From Octopus sinensis (lineage: Eukaryota), in NCBI RefSeq assembly GCF_006345805.1, contig NC_042997.1, positions 181,784,001 through 181,848,000 of the forward strand: 64,000 nucleotides of DNA. The letters are read 5' to 3'. A program made the position numbers and the translations under genes. Positions 26,067 through 39,487 of the stretch are shown here, piece by piece. Each line of letters starts with the position of its first letter. The first letter of the stretch is position 1. The notes under the pieces are model-generated. The model had not been told where the DNA came from. It saw only the letters and a list, made by a program, of their open reading frames with translations, and searched no databases.

Positions 26067-26804
26067 CAGAGGGGGAAGAGAGAGGAGAGAGATGAGTGAA
26101 GAAAGAAGAGAGGAAAAAGTTGAGGTGATTAATATTAGGCCAAATGGTCACGTTGTCAGCTGAAGGTAGAGGCGAAGAACGAGAGGAAAAGAGGGAGAAA
26201 GAAGTGTTAACGACGTGCAGTTGGGTGAGGAAGAAATACTTATTACGCGGTTAAAAAGTGAGCTGAAAGGAAAGATAGATAGGAATGAACAAAGGAGGGA
26301 GTTATATTGAGAGAGAGAGAGAGGGGGGGGAGAAAGAAAGAGAGACACACATGCAGACAGAGAAAGAGAGAGAGCGGTGGTGGTGGTGGTGTGTTGATTG
26401 TGAAAAGTATTTTTTTTATTGAACTAATTTTGTTTATAGCGACCATCGCCTAAAGCATGCGCATAAGTGCAATTATTTATCATCAGCTCGTTTAAAGAAT
26501 TCCTATCTGTTGATAAGGGTTAATTTAGTCCAAACTCTGGTTTCACAAGAAACACGTTTGCAAGCTGCCCAAGAAAGGATGCGCAGATACAGAGCACGGA
26601 TCAGAGAGGAACAGCGAGAAAATATAATAAAAAGAAGAAAAAGACAACACCGACGGAGACCTGAGGAAATGAATGTAGACGAACGTCAAGAATATTTAAA
26701 GAAAGCTAAACTATGAATGCAATAAAGATGCATACCATCCTTTCTTTCCTAAATAGGTCCCCTTAATTTTTCCCATTCCATGGAATCTCCACGGGTCCCA
26801 CTAG
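25959..26804 (+). mobile_element. Non-autonomous Helitron
   Basis: A/TC 5' end (TCTATACAATAA), 3' hairpin ATTCCATGGAAT then CACGGG..CTAG/T; carries an RL..AQERMRRYRA..EEQR fragment like a RepHel N-terminus. Confidence 0.7.
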
Positions 26805-26814
26805 TTATCATTAT

Positions 26815-27300
26815 TATTATTTTACTTCTCAGAGCTCCCAGTCTTATTTGCTCTGGTTGATTCTGTGAGAGCGGACAGCAACTTGTTGCCAGAGGTCTCA
26901 CAGGGTCTTTTTCCGCAAATTATAAGCTTTGGTATCTAGATGATAACTTATCGTGGAAGCCACTCAACACCTAAGTAAGCACCAATCTCAAAATCCTACC
27001 TGTCCCCAATAGAGCAGTATTTTCAGCCAGCTCTGCTCTCATATCAATTCCAATTACTCCGACGTATTTCTCGAACCTGGTTGTTAGTGAGATAACAGTT
27101 ACACCCCTCATTGCTCACATTCTTGCAATTTCGTCTTTCAGTAGTCTGTATTTCTCCATCTTTTCTACCTCTTTGTCATCTACGCGTACACCCCCAGATA
27201 TGGCAATATCTATGATCTTTGTTTCCTTCTATTCTTTTATCCACCACAACAATGTCTGGTCTCTGTACATCGATCAGAGAGTCACATTGAATTTAGAATC
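26815..27300 (-). mobile_element. R4/Dong-like RLE 3' fragment (family D8)
   Basis: RPDIVVVDK..KIIDIAIS..KEVEKMEKYRLLKDEI..TALLGTGRILRLVL. Confidence 0.8.
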
Positions 27301-27519
27301 ATTATTGACTGAATGCGGAGAGCTGGTAGAGCTAGTGCATCGGGAAGAAACGCTTCGCAGCATTTCTTCCAAGTTGACCTCCTGAGTTCAAATTTCTCTG
27401 AAGTTGACTTTCGGGATCGATTCATCCCGTAAAAGAACAAAACGAAATGCCACTAAGTATTTTGTCCAACGTTCTAATGATTCTGTTGGTTTACTGTTCT
27501 AACAACAACAACAACAACG

Positions 27520-28736
27520 ATAATAGTCCTTTCTGTTATAGACACAAGGTCTGAACTTTTGCAGGATGTGAGAAAGTCGATTATATCGATCCCGGTGTTC
27601 ATTTGGAATTTATTTTACCGACCACGAAAGTATGAATGGCAGAGTTGACCTCGGCGGAATTTGAATGAACTCAGAACTTAAAGACAGATGAAATACCTAT
27701 TTCTTTACTACCCACAAGAGGCTAAACACAGAGAGGACAAACAATGACAGACAAACGGATTAAGTCTATTACATCGATCCCAGGGCGTAACTGGTACTTA
27801 ATTTATCGACCCCGAAAGGATGAAAGGCTAAGTCGACCTCGGCGGAATTTGAATGAAATACCTATTTCTTTACTACCTACAAGGGGCTAAACACAGAAGG
27901 GACAAACAAGGACAGAGAAACGGATTAAGTCGATTATATCAACCCCAGTGCGTAACTGGTACTTATTTAATCGATCACAAAAGGATGAAAGGCAAAGTCG
28001 ACCTCGGCGGAATTTGAATGAAATACCTATTTCTTTACTACCTACAAGGGGCTAAACACAGAAGGGACAAACAAGGACAGACAAACGGATTAAGTCGATT
28101 ATATCAACCCAAGTGCGTAACTGGTACTTATTTAATCGATCACGAAAGGATGAAAAGCAAAGTCGACCTCGGCGGAATTTGAATGAAATACCTATTTCTT
28201 TACTACCTACAAGGGGCTAAACACAGAAGGGACAAACAAGGACAGACAAACGGATTAAGTCGATTATATCAACCCCAGTGCGTAACTGGTACTTATTTAA
28301 TCGATCACAAAAGGATGAAAGGCAAAGTCGACCTCGGCGGAATTTGAATGAAATACCTATTTCTTTACTACCTACAAGGGGCTAAACACAGAAGGGACAA
28401 ACAAGGACAGACAAACGGATTAAGTCGATTATATCAACCCCAGTGCGTAACTAGTACTTATTTAATCGATCACGAAAGGATGAAAGGCAAAGTCGACCTC
28501 GGCGGAATTTGAATGAAATACCTATTTCTTTACTACCTACAAGGGGCTAAACACAGAAGGGACAAACAAGGACAGACAAAGGGATTAAGTCGATTATATC
28601 AACCCCAGTGCGTAACTGGTACTTATTTAATCGATCACGAAAGGATGAAAGGCAAAGTCGACCTCGGCGGAATTTGAATGAAATACCGCTAAGCATTTTT
28701 CCCGGGATGCTAACGACTTTGCAAGCTCGTCGCCCT
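27520..28736 (-). repeat. SINE-B-derived tandem array: five near-identical 165-bp units plus about two diverged units behind one SINE head
   Basis: GAATGAAATACC recurs at 27851, 28016, 28181, 28346, 28511 and 28676; SINE head at about 28680-28736. Confidence 0.95.
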
Positions 28737-30391
28737 AACAACCAGAATAAAAATAATAATGAATTATAATAGGAACAATAAAGAAGGTGACATTTCTAAC
28801 AATAGGAGCAAAATTAATCTAGCAAATCATTCCACTTTCACACGGTGCCAACAGGAATAAGGAAACTATTACAAAAGAAAGAATTTTTCGAATCGTTATT
28901 ATAGAATAATTTATTGTATCACGTTGTGGTCTTGGAAAATAATCTAATTTCTGCTTGCAGTTTGGAAATATTGATTTGTAATATTAGCAAAATTGGGAGC
29001 GTTCACAATCGATTAAATCGATTGCAATGCTTGATTGATATGTATTTTACGAAAGAAGAATATAAAGGGATACAATTAAATGCCGCAATATCTTTTGTTA
29101 GGCGTTCTAACAATTCTGCCATAGACCGCTCTTAGATATTAAGAAATGTTGGAACAACCTAAGTTCTGTATTATATTGTATAGTAAGCAACGATATAAAT
29201 TATTCTGTGCCTACATCTGTATTGAAAACAATTAGTAAAGTATGCACCTTTATCAAGACTCGACTTTGAACCAAATCTTAAATGTACACTATGCTACAAG
29301 AACACGTATGCGTTTGTACATTAAATGTACACTTTGCTATATTTTAATACACGGTATTGGAACCTGTTTCAACACAGCTAGCTATACCACGTTACACTTT
29401 AATAAATTTTCACAGAATTTTACTGACGAATGCCAAAGATAGGTAATCCTATAGAAGGAAGGAATTACAACCGTGTTTCGTGGTCTGCTACCACAACAGC
29501 TCCTTTATAGGATCCAGTTAGCTCAAGACATCATCAGGAGGAACCACGTCCAGTTTCGGCCCCTGCTCCTCTACCGTTTTAACGTGGCGCCCCCTTCCCT
29601 TTCGGAGGTGTCTTCAGCTCTGGTCTTGGGTGCATGTATTTCTTTTTCTTTCTACTGTTCCCTGGCCTCTTCGATGTATCGTCAGCGAGTGTCAGCCGGT
29701 GACTGACTGACTGACTTGTCAAATTTTTCCCTTTAAGTAAGGAGCCTAGCGGCAGGTATTTAAAGAGAAGCCCTTTTTAGAAATTGTAAAGTTCGCTTCG
29801 TAGGCAAGAGATTCCAAGTTCGATTTCATATAACATCATGTCGAGCAATGACTTGTTAGTGAAAGCGTGCAGAGGGAATCTGATACTCTCACTCGATGGC
29901 ATGTCACTTTCGGAACATCGTTGAATCTTGGCATTTTTTATGACCATTGCTGTCAACTCATTTCAAGCTGACAGAAATGGCCATAAGGTGTTTGCTTATT
30001 GTTCTCTCGAAGGGAAGATAATTCCACTAAATGAAGAATATTTCTTATATGTTATTTTGGTATATCTTTATTCGACTTTATTGTTCATATTCATGCCACC
30101 GGATACTCTGGGTTATCTCGTCTTAGCTCAATTTTGTAAGCGCGCGCACACGCACACACACTCATATACACACACGTACGCACGCACTAACATACAAGCA
30201 CACAAGCACTCATATACACACTCATATACATTTGAATATATATATAATTACAAATTGAGATAGGGGTTGTAAATGCAACCCTCCATGGGATAACATATAT
30301 CCAATATACTGCTAGTGAAGTACCCAACAAAGTTAATACATAAATGTTAATACATAAATTGATTTAGATGTATTTCTCCATTTTCTTATCT

Positions 30392-30555
<164 letters not shown>

Positions 30556-30807
30556 TAGTATTAAGCAATTTATATTAAAAATGAAGTAGAACACCCACGA
30601 ATATTGAACACCGTGTTTTATGTATTATATTTTTATCGTTTATCATTTTCTTGTTTCAGTCAGTGGATTGCGGCCATGCAGGGGTGCCACCTAGAAGGGT
30701 TTGGACGAAGAAATCAATACCAGTTTTTTTTCTCTGCCGAACCGTTAAGTTATGAGGATGTAAGCAAACCAAAATGGGTTGTCGAGCAGTGGGGAACGGA
30801 CAATCAC

Positions 30808-30869
<62 letters not shown>

Positions 30870-31185
30870 GGGGAGCAATATATCAGATACTTCTGCGCAT
30901 CATTAACCAGCTAGAGGAGATGTCCTCTTTCGTGTTAAAAAAACGCACTAAAATCTGTTCGAACAGAAAAGCCATGTTGTACTGGCTACGAACCTTACTT
31001 GCTATATATAAATATGTATAATGTGTATGCCTGTTGTGTATCCACATATATATTTATGTGTTTATATATATGTGATTGTGTGTGTGTGTTTACAAATTTA
31101 TCTATCTATCTGCTTGTCTGTTTGTCTATCTATGCATCGATCTATCTACCTACATCTCTCTCTCCCTCTCTCTGTATATATATAT

Positions 31186-31523
31186 AAAGGGTAAAGACCC
31201 CCTTCGGTCATGAATGACCATGGGATTGCACCTAGAAAGTTACCCTTCTAGACACAAGTCCGGGCAAGGTTGTTTATGGAAGACCAGCAGTCGCCCATGC
31301 ATACCAGCCTCCCCTCTCCACGCCACCAGTGTTATCCAAGGGAAAGACAAAGGTCGATACAGCTTGGCACCAGTGACGTCGCAACTCATTTCTACAGCTG
31401 AGTGAACTGGAGCAACGTGAAATAAAGTGCCTTGCTCAAGAACACAACACGCAGCCCGGTCCGGGATTCGAGCTCACAACCTCACGATCGTAAGCTCGAT
31501 GCTCTAACCACTGAGCCATGCGC
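31186..31523 (-). mobile_element. tRNA-headed SINE, family C, full length
   Basis: Minus strand GCGCATGGCTCAGTGGTTAGAGC (A box), CTCGAATCCC (B-box-like), TTGAGCAAGGCACTTTATTTCACGTTGCTCCAG core. Confidence 0.88.
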
Positions 31524-31532
31524 ATATATATA

Positions 31533-31606
<74 letters not shown>

Positions 31607-31629
<23 letters not shown>

Positions 31630-31688
31630 AAAAGTGTACTTACATATAAGAGACCAAAGTGTACGTACGCCGCTATATATATAAATAA

Positions 31689-31741
<53 letters not shown>

Positions 31742-31763
31742 GCTATATATATATATATAGCCG

Positions 31764-31803
<40 letters not shown>

Positions 31804-31879
31804 CGGCGTACGTGCACTTTGGTCTCTTATATGTAAGTACACTTTTCTCTCTCTGTCCCCTCTCTCTCTCTCTCTCTTA

Positions 31880-31885
<6 letters not shown>
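31607..31885. repeat. Inverted repeat around a (TA)n centre
   Basis: AAAAGTGTACTTACATATAAGAGACCAAAGTGTACGTACGCCGC (about 31630-31673) is mirrored at 31803-31846 with one mismatch; flanking (GA)n/(TC)n are also mirrored. Confidence 0.9.
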
Positions 31886-31917
<32 letters not shown>

Positions 31918-32353
31918 TAAATGTTGCTAAAGGTGGTTCTGAATCACGCTTCATTACTCCTGTATTGTGTTTTAATATATTTCAAGCAGGATTTGTTGAG
32001 GACTGTACTCTGAGGCATTGAAAACCTCACAAATAGATGGCGAGAATGATCAAAAAAAAAAAAAAAAAAGAAAAAAAAAGAAAAAGAAAAAAGACAAATA
32101 AAGATGAGAATAATGAAGCTGTGTAGATATTCAAGCTTGCAGTATCAAATATCGCATTTGTACTTTTAAATTCGAAAAATGGAACTGAACTTTCTATAGA
32201 GCTATACAACGTGACACATGAACGCATGTCTGCATCTATGTATATATGCATATACATACATGACTATATATGCATATGTGAGTGTATGTGTGTGTATGTA
32301 CGCGCGTGAGTGAGTGTACACAGACTTATGTATTATATGTATACGCAGGCGTG

Positions 32354-32394
<41 letters not shown>

Positions 32395-32398
32395 GTAC

Positions 32399-32498
<100 letters not shown>

Positions 32499-34319
32499 AT
32501 ATGCATGCAGGCATACTTACAAGCATACATATATGCATACATGCATACTTACAAGCATACATATATGAATACATACATATGTGCATACATACGTACATAC
32601 ATACATATATGTATAAATACTGTCAAAGGAAAATTACCATATCTCATGACTGTCAAACCTTATTATTCTCTTTCTCTTTATTTTCGCCATAAAACTCTTC
32701 ACGATGAAATTATACAACCGAGCAACAATAGCAGTAGCAGTAACAGCAGTAGCAGCAGCAGCAGCAGTAGTAGCACCAGCTGTAGCAGCAGTAGCAGCAC
32801 AGCAGCAGCAGCAGCAGCATCCACATCAATGACAAAAGACAACACCGGCAACACTTGTAATAACAGCAATAAATGCAAAAACAGTGAAACAACGAGACCT
32901 ATCCCCTGTGTCACACAACTTGCTAGAAATAGCAGATGAATCTCCACCGAATTACACCTTAGCGCTTACGACAATGAATGAAGAGGCGTATTGGGGAGCA
33001 TAACCCTAGACACACCAGCTGTAATGAAGAGTGAATTGTCATAGTTGTGTACATTGTTCTGCTCATCCAGACCCCACGTAGGGTTAAACGAGAGCAACGA
33101 TAGCAATGACTGTATTCACGGCAGAAACAACATTGATTTATAGACAGACAGACAAATAATCTACCACTAACGCTTGAATTAATGCGACCAGCAATAATAA
33201 TCAGAAACATGAAAAATGACAATAAAAGCAGCAATAATAGAACTGTAAAGAATAAAAAAAGTAACAACATCATGTGCAACAGCAACAGCAGCAGCAGCAG
33301 CAAATATTAAAGGTGAATGAATATACGAAGTAGTGTATCATTATATCCAATTTATGGGATTCTGATAATTATGTAGTTAAATAGAGGCTTTATCATTGGT
33401 CATCTCTTCACTCCCACTTTCATTCCACTCCTTCTTTCACTTTCACTTTATTCTCTCGCTTTATCTCCCTGCCTCCCTAGAGGATTTTTTGTTTGTTTGT
33501 GAATTTGGCATTTTGCTTCGTTAAGCTTAACTTGTTGACTACGATATTGACGTTGAAAACATATATTGCACAACATATCTCCCACGAGTTGGATGACACT
33601 TTCCAGTTTCAATGTAGAACTATTAAAGTTTTCGTGCTTTTTGTCCTTTTGAATTTCTTTTTTTTTATAATACTATTGGTTCACTTGTCTCATTAAGCTG
33701 CAGCAGAAAGTTATTTATATGCAAAAACAAAGCAAAACTACGCAAAAGAGAAAAAAAGAATAAACCATAATCGTTATATCATACAACAACTTTTTATGGA
33801 TTGTGCATGGCGTTGTGTATGACGTTTACACACTCTACATTTACATACATACGTATATGTATGAATATATCACTCAATTTTTATGGTCTTGAGGTAGCTG
33901 GTGGCAGCTATATTAAGCAGGTATTAAAGCCTAAGCTCTCTCAATATCTTTCACCGAAGAATCATCTTAAACCCATTGCCTCCAGAAAGGTTACTAGATT
34001 CTTGTTGGATTTGCGAACGTATTGCTTTATCTCTTTTATACGGAATAATTTTCGGTTGTCAAATTGTTGAATTGCTCTGACTTACATACTAGTCATAGCC
34101 AGGGACACCTTTTAACTTAATTGAAATATTCTCTTGAGTACTTCAGACAATTTTTGCTTCGAGTTTAGCAGTTTCAGTGGGGAAGGTAGGTCGCAAATAA
34201 AAGGTAATGTACAAATAAAAAAATAGAAAAAGAAAGAACAGGAACCACAGCCTGTCTTATTCTTTTCATCACTCGTTGCACATTAGTCCATCGTTTAAAT
34301 TTTTGGACAACCTCATAGA

Positions 34320-34786
34320 ATATTCTTTTTTACTATAGGCACAAGATTCGAAATTTTGGGGGAGGGGGCCCGTCGATCAGATCAACCCCAGTACGCAAGT
34401 GGTACTTAATTTGTTGACCCCGAAAGGATGAAAGGCAAAGTCAACTTTATCGGAATTTGAACTCACAACGTAACGGCAGACGAAATACCTATTTCTTTAC
34501 TATCCACAAGGGGCTAAACACAGAGAAGACAAACAAGGAGAGACAGACGGATTAAGTCGACCATATCGACCCCAGTGCGCAACTGGTACTTAATTTATCG
34601 ACCCCGAAAGGATGAAAGGCAAAGTCGACCTCGGCGGAATTTGAACTCAGAACGTAACGGCAGACGAAATGCCTCAAAGCTTTTCGCCCGGCGTGCTAAC
34701 GTTTCTGCCAGCTCGTCGCCTTCGTCGGCAGACGAAATACCGCTAAGCATTTTGCCCGGTGTGCTAACGATTCTGCCAGCATGCCG
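34320..34786 (-). mobile_element. SINE family B, dimeric, with duplicated head segment
   Basis: Two ACCCCGAAAGGATGAAAGGCAAAGTC modules; GGCAGACGAAAT occurs three times. Confidence 0.85.
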
Positions 34787-35029
34787 CCTTAACCGTGTAG
34801 AATATTATTGTCCTGAATATGGTGGTTGTCGTTAACACAAGAATTATGATACTACATCCTTCAACTGCAATTCCAAGTTTAACCGTAATTGATCCAACTA
34901 GATTCAGACATAACATGTGGACTCAAAACTGATGAATATAAAACTGTAAGTGTATTTTGGATCCTGCAATTGAACACTTAGCATTTTGTAGATGATCTTT
35001 TTTGTTTCTTTTTGACATGTTCATGTCAA

Positions 35030-36460
35030 ATGTCTAGCTGACTTTCACAATGACTCTCTGAGAGAACTGCGGACATGAGTCACGCTAAGACTATGAACAG
35101 GCGTATGGCATTAGGAATTTTTTCAGATTTTCAGTAGGCTCGACCATTTGGACAGTGTGATTTTTTTCAGGAAAATTCCGGGTAACGATGAGAATCAAGT
35201 TGCTCTGTTTTGAAACGCTTTTAAATGTGAATCACCACTCGATTTTTGGTCCTTGCTTACAGATATACAGTTCATCGAACAACAATTTTAATTCGTTTAT
35301 TCTTTAATTTAGATAATGTTTTACATATACATTAACTCAATCCACCGTTTCCCAAATCTCCGTCTTTACTGGTCGTTACATATTTATTTTCTATTTTATT
35401 TCATACTGCTTTGATACCATGTCCTATGGGAAGGTAGTATCTCAAGGAAATTTTCTTGAACTTGGTAATGATGGAGCTAACAATTTCAGTTTTGCTTTTT
35501 GCATAACCCACATTTGTTGTTAGTTGATTGTCTCTTATAAAAACAATTTAGTGGAGATATCTCACTCATTGATTACATGAAAGTAGCCTCAAAGAGAAAT
35601 GCCATAAACTTGTCTTGTACCCAAAATGGTTTGTTTTTCATTTCAATTAACCTTCTACCTACTGGGTTTTATGGTCTTCACCCACATGGCAGTAATAAAA
35701 TATTATCGATAAATGCAATCTATACTTAAACGGTTCACAAAACTGCAGATTTCTTTGACTAAGATTTTCCACATATTTAAACAGCCAGTGATATCACTAA
35801 ATCGGAAACGAGAAGTGGTATCTAAACGCCGTCAACTGAGTTAGTTCTCCTGAACTGTTTCCAGGCACCCAAAATCTATTCACTCAAATGCATAAGCAAC
35901 AATACTGAGATCGCAGTTGTAGTTGCTTCTTGCTTTATATCTTACAAGTGCAAAACTCCATTTAACTATAAGGTCACATTACCAATTGATTCCAAATAAG
36001 AATAAGCTTCACATCTTGTACTGTATACTATTTTCTTTGGTTTGTATTATCAATGTATGTACATGGACATTCATTATGATTTAACGTTTCTTCTATTATA
36101 GGTACAAAGCCAATGGATAAAACATTAGCAACGTAGTCACTAATTTTCAGATTCGATGACCTTCTTGGTATTTATAAGCAACGATTGCCTACGATTGATG
36201 CATACCGACGGAAACATTTTGAACGATAATGGGAAGACGAAAAGCCGTGTAGTGACTCTAATTTGAAAGCGTTTCAAAACAGACCAGCCGCTCGATTCCC
36301 GTCGACGCCCGGACTTTTCCTGAGAACGTTGTCACTCTGTCAAAATGGCAGAGCCTTCTAAACACCTTAAAATATTCGTGATGTCAAACGTCTAATCATG
36401 GACTTAGCGTGACTCATGTCTGCAGCTCTGTCAGAGACTAGCTGTAGAAGACGTATCTGA
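35030..36460. mobile_element. Old DNA transposon relic with about 200-bp degenerate inverted repeats
   Basis: GACATGAGTCACGCTAAG..CAGGAAAA..CTGTTTTGAAACGCTTT (35030-35245) is inverted at 36225-36460, roughly 70-75% identity. Confidence 0.65.
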
Positions 36461-36570
36461 CAAAATGGCTGACATATCTGCTGAGAAACCTCAACAGACG
36501 GTGTAGCATCAGTCCATATCCACAGAGCATTCGAAGCATTTCGGAGAGAATATACTGACAACAGATCGGC

Positions 36571-36783
36571 CTTTCTCTTTGTTTGTTTGTTTGTTTGTTT
36601 GTTTGTTTGTTTGTTTGTTTGTTTGTTTGTTTCTTTGTTTCTTTGTTTCTTTGTTTCTTTGTTTCTTTCTTTCTTTCTTCTTTCTTTCTTTCTTCCTTCC
36701 TTCCTTCCTTTCTTCCTTCTTTCCTTCCTTCCTTCCTTCCTGCCTTCCTTATTTCTTTCTTTCTTTCTTTCTTTCTTTTTTTT
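36571..36783. repeat. Compound tetranucleotide microsatellite (GTTT)n/(CTTT)n/(CCTT)n
   Basis: Direct reading. Confidence 0.95.
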
Positions 36784-38121
36784 ATGTGATATTTTCTTCA
36801 TTGTTTTCTTCTTGACCCGCCGCCTTTATATAATTTATTCGGCTATATTTTCGCCTCTACAGTAGCAACAGTAGCATCAACATCAACAGAAGCAACAGCA
36901 GGTTGCGATGATGATGATGATAGTAACAGCAGCAGCAGCAGCAGCAACAACAGCAATAGCAGCAGCAACAGTACCAGCAGTAGTTTCTTCCTATGTCACA
37001 CAAGCTAGCTGTCATTTCTCAACGCTGATATAACACGGAAACAGAATGGTATAAAGAATTTGTCACAAAGAACAACACCAACAAAAACGCATAAACAAAC
37101 TCAAACGGACACCAACAAAACAATCTTCTCAATGAATTATTCATTAAATTGACAGCTCTTAGAATGCCAATACGTTAGGTACACAGCCTTCATGAGAAAT
37201 CGTATTGTTCTTTTTTAATTCTTTTACCTGGATACTGCGACGCTTGTATATCTAGTGGGTTGGGTGGTAATATACGATAAATCTTCAACATGTCCAGTCG
37301 GAGGTCAAAACTACAAAACAGTAATAATAATGATATATTTCTTTTATTGCCCACGAACGCCCAAGACTTTGCGGGATTTTACAAAGACAAACTATAAAGG
37401 AAAAGAAAAGCCGACATGAAACAGTTAAGGTGGTGGTGATGGAAATAATAGTATAAAACAAAAAGAAAAATTCTCAAGACAGTGACGTAGGCATAGCATA
37501 TAGGAAATAGCACTGCTACTTGACACTGTGCGCACACACAAACATATACACGCACACTTAAATGGCTACATACATATATACATACATACATACATACACA
37601 CATACATACATACATACATACATACACACATACATACATACATACATACATACATACATACATACATACATACATACATACATACATACATACATACGTA
37701 CGTACGTACATGCACACACATAATGTGAATGATTTTTCAATAAAGAAGTAATACACCCACACAAAGAAAAGAAAATATAACACGACATGGAACTAAAAGC
37801 GCAGAGTTGCGCTCTGCTGTACAATGGAATCGTATAATAAAAACAGGATTACAGAAATAATGACGATGATGATGATGATGATGATGACGACGACGACGAC
37901 GACGAGGAAAACAATAGCGTAAACAAATATGAAACGAAAATGCGTTTTTAAAGACTCTTTATGAGAGAAGATCCAAAGTACGTAGGAAGAAAGGCAAACG
38001 TGATAAACGATCCATAATCCGTGAAAATAAATTGAATGCGTTGTTTTATAGTAAAAATCTATGCCAGTTTGGCAGGCGGCGTATAATTCTGTTTTAATGT
38101 TATAAAATTCAAATACAGGAA

Positions 38122-38803
38122 CTGTACATTGTAGAATATATCAGCCGAAATTGCGAGGATAATCTGGTGCTTGACTGAGGAAAGAAAACTTCGAATGACT
38201 CGTCCTTGTTTTGAGTTACTTCTTTTTCGACTTTACGTCGTTCTTTTTAAAGAAATTAAATTGAAAAAAATAAATCTCAACTTTAGCTGCTTCGTTCAGC
38301 CTTACGTTGGTCTTAGCGAGCATATTTAAAAACATAAAAATTTAAACAAAAACAATTACAAACAAGTACTAGATTGAAATATTAATAAAATACATATGAA
38401 AAGCATGTACAAATCACTTATTAAAACAAATATAAGCAAATAGAATTTTTAAAACGTATCTTCGTCATTTTTCGAGGTTAATCGCATATTTTGGAGCCAA
38501 TTATCGACGTACATTGAGGGATGCTTGTACCGGCATACACGTACACACAAGCAATCGTATATTCATATAGAAAGTAAATCTGTGGTGGACAAGCCAATTA
38601 AGTTCAGAGTATTAATCACGAAGTATATTAGAAAAAACATAAAGAATAACGATGTTTAATCAACAGTTTATTTAGCTTACACTTGTTTCGAATAGTCTGG
38701 CACAACGCAGGCACTGTACATTGTAGAATATATCAGCCGAAATTGCGAGGATAACCTGGTACTTGACTGAGAAAAGAAAACTTCGAATGACCCGTCCTTG
38801 TTT
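38122..38803 (+). repeat. About 90-bp direct repeats about 592 bp apart
   Basis: CTGTACATTGTAGAATATATCAGCCGAAATTGCGAGGATAA..GTCCTTGTTTT at 38122 and 38714. Confidence 0.85.
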
Positions 38804-39396
38804 TCTTTGTATCATCTATCTGGATGTTTTGTTGTCCCATTTTTGTATCACCTAGCTTCGTGATATATAATCGATCCTTCGTTTGAGCGACTAAATTGCC
38901 ATAGATACAAAGCATGTAGTTACCTTGCTATCCTGCTAAATTTCGTATACATTGATATAATGTGGAAGGGGGTTTTCAAACAATAAATTACAGGTCACTA
39001 ACTCCATTTTATTATAGAGTGTCTGTACCATAAGAAATAGGGGATATCCTTATCAGATCTTATTTTCATAACAGCTATTAGTGTAAGATTGAACCAGTAT
39101 GCCCACATGGGTAAAGTATACATGAACTATTAGATTTTGATTCTGGATTACCAGTTTCAACGGAAATGTCTGTCAAAAAAACCTGAAAGGCACGTGAAGG
39201 ATTGAAGCGTCATTTAAACATTCATAATAAACAAGCGGAAAATAGAGCCAATATTGAAATGAGGCATTGGTGCACTATACCTGACAAGCTTTTCAAACAC
39301 TTTTAAGGCTCAAAAATATTTAAGACAAAACGCTAAGGAAGAGCAATTATAGGTTCAAGAAGAAGTTTAGCTCTGCAAGGAGCAGACAGCCACTGT

Positions 39397-39487
<91 letters not shown>

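Noticed and set aside
27851-28675. Regular repeat array as a possible CRISPR
   Set aside because: The units are contiguous 165-bp copies with no unique spacers, derive from a SINE and have no cas genes nearby.
31450-31523. SINE heads (A, B, C, D) as functional tRNA genes
   Set aside because: They keep A and B boxes but have unpaired stems and run into repeated SINE bodies.
38676-38716. Minus-strand ..TTCGAAACAAGTGTA HHR half
   Set aside because: The CUGANGA half is not recognisable.
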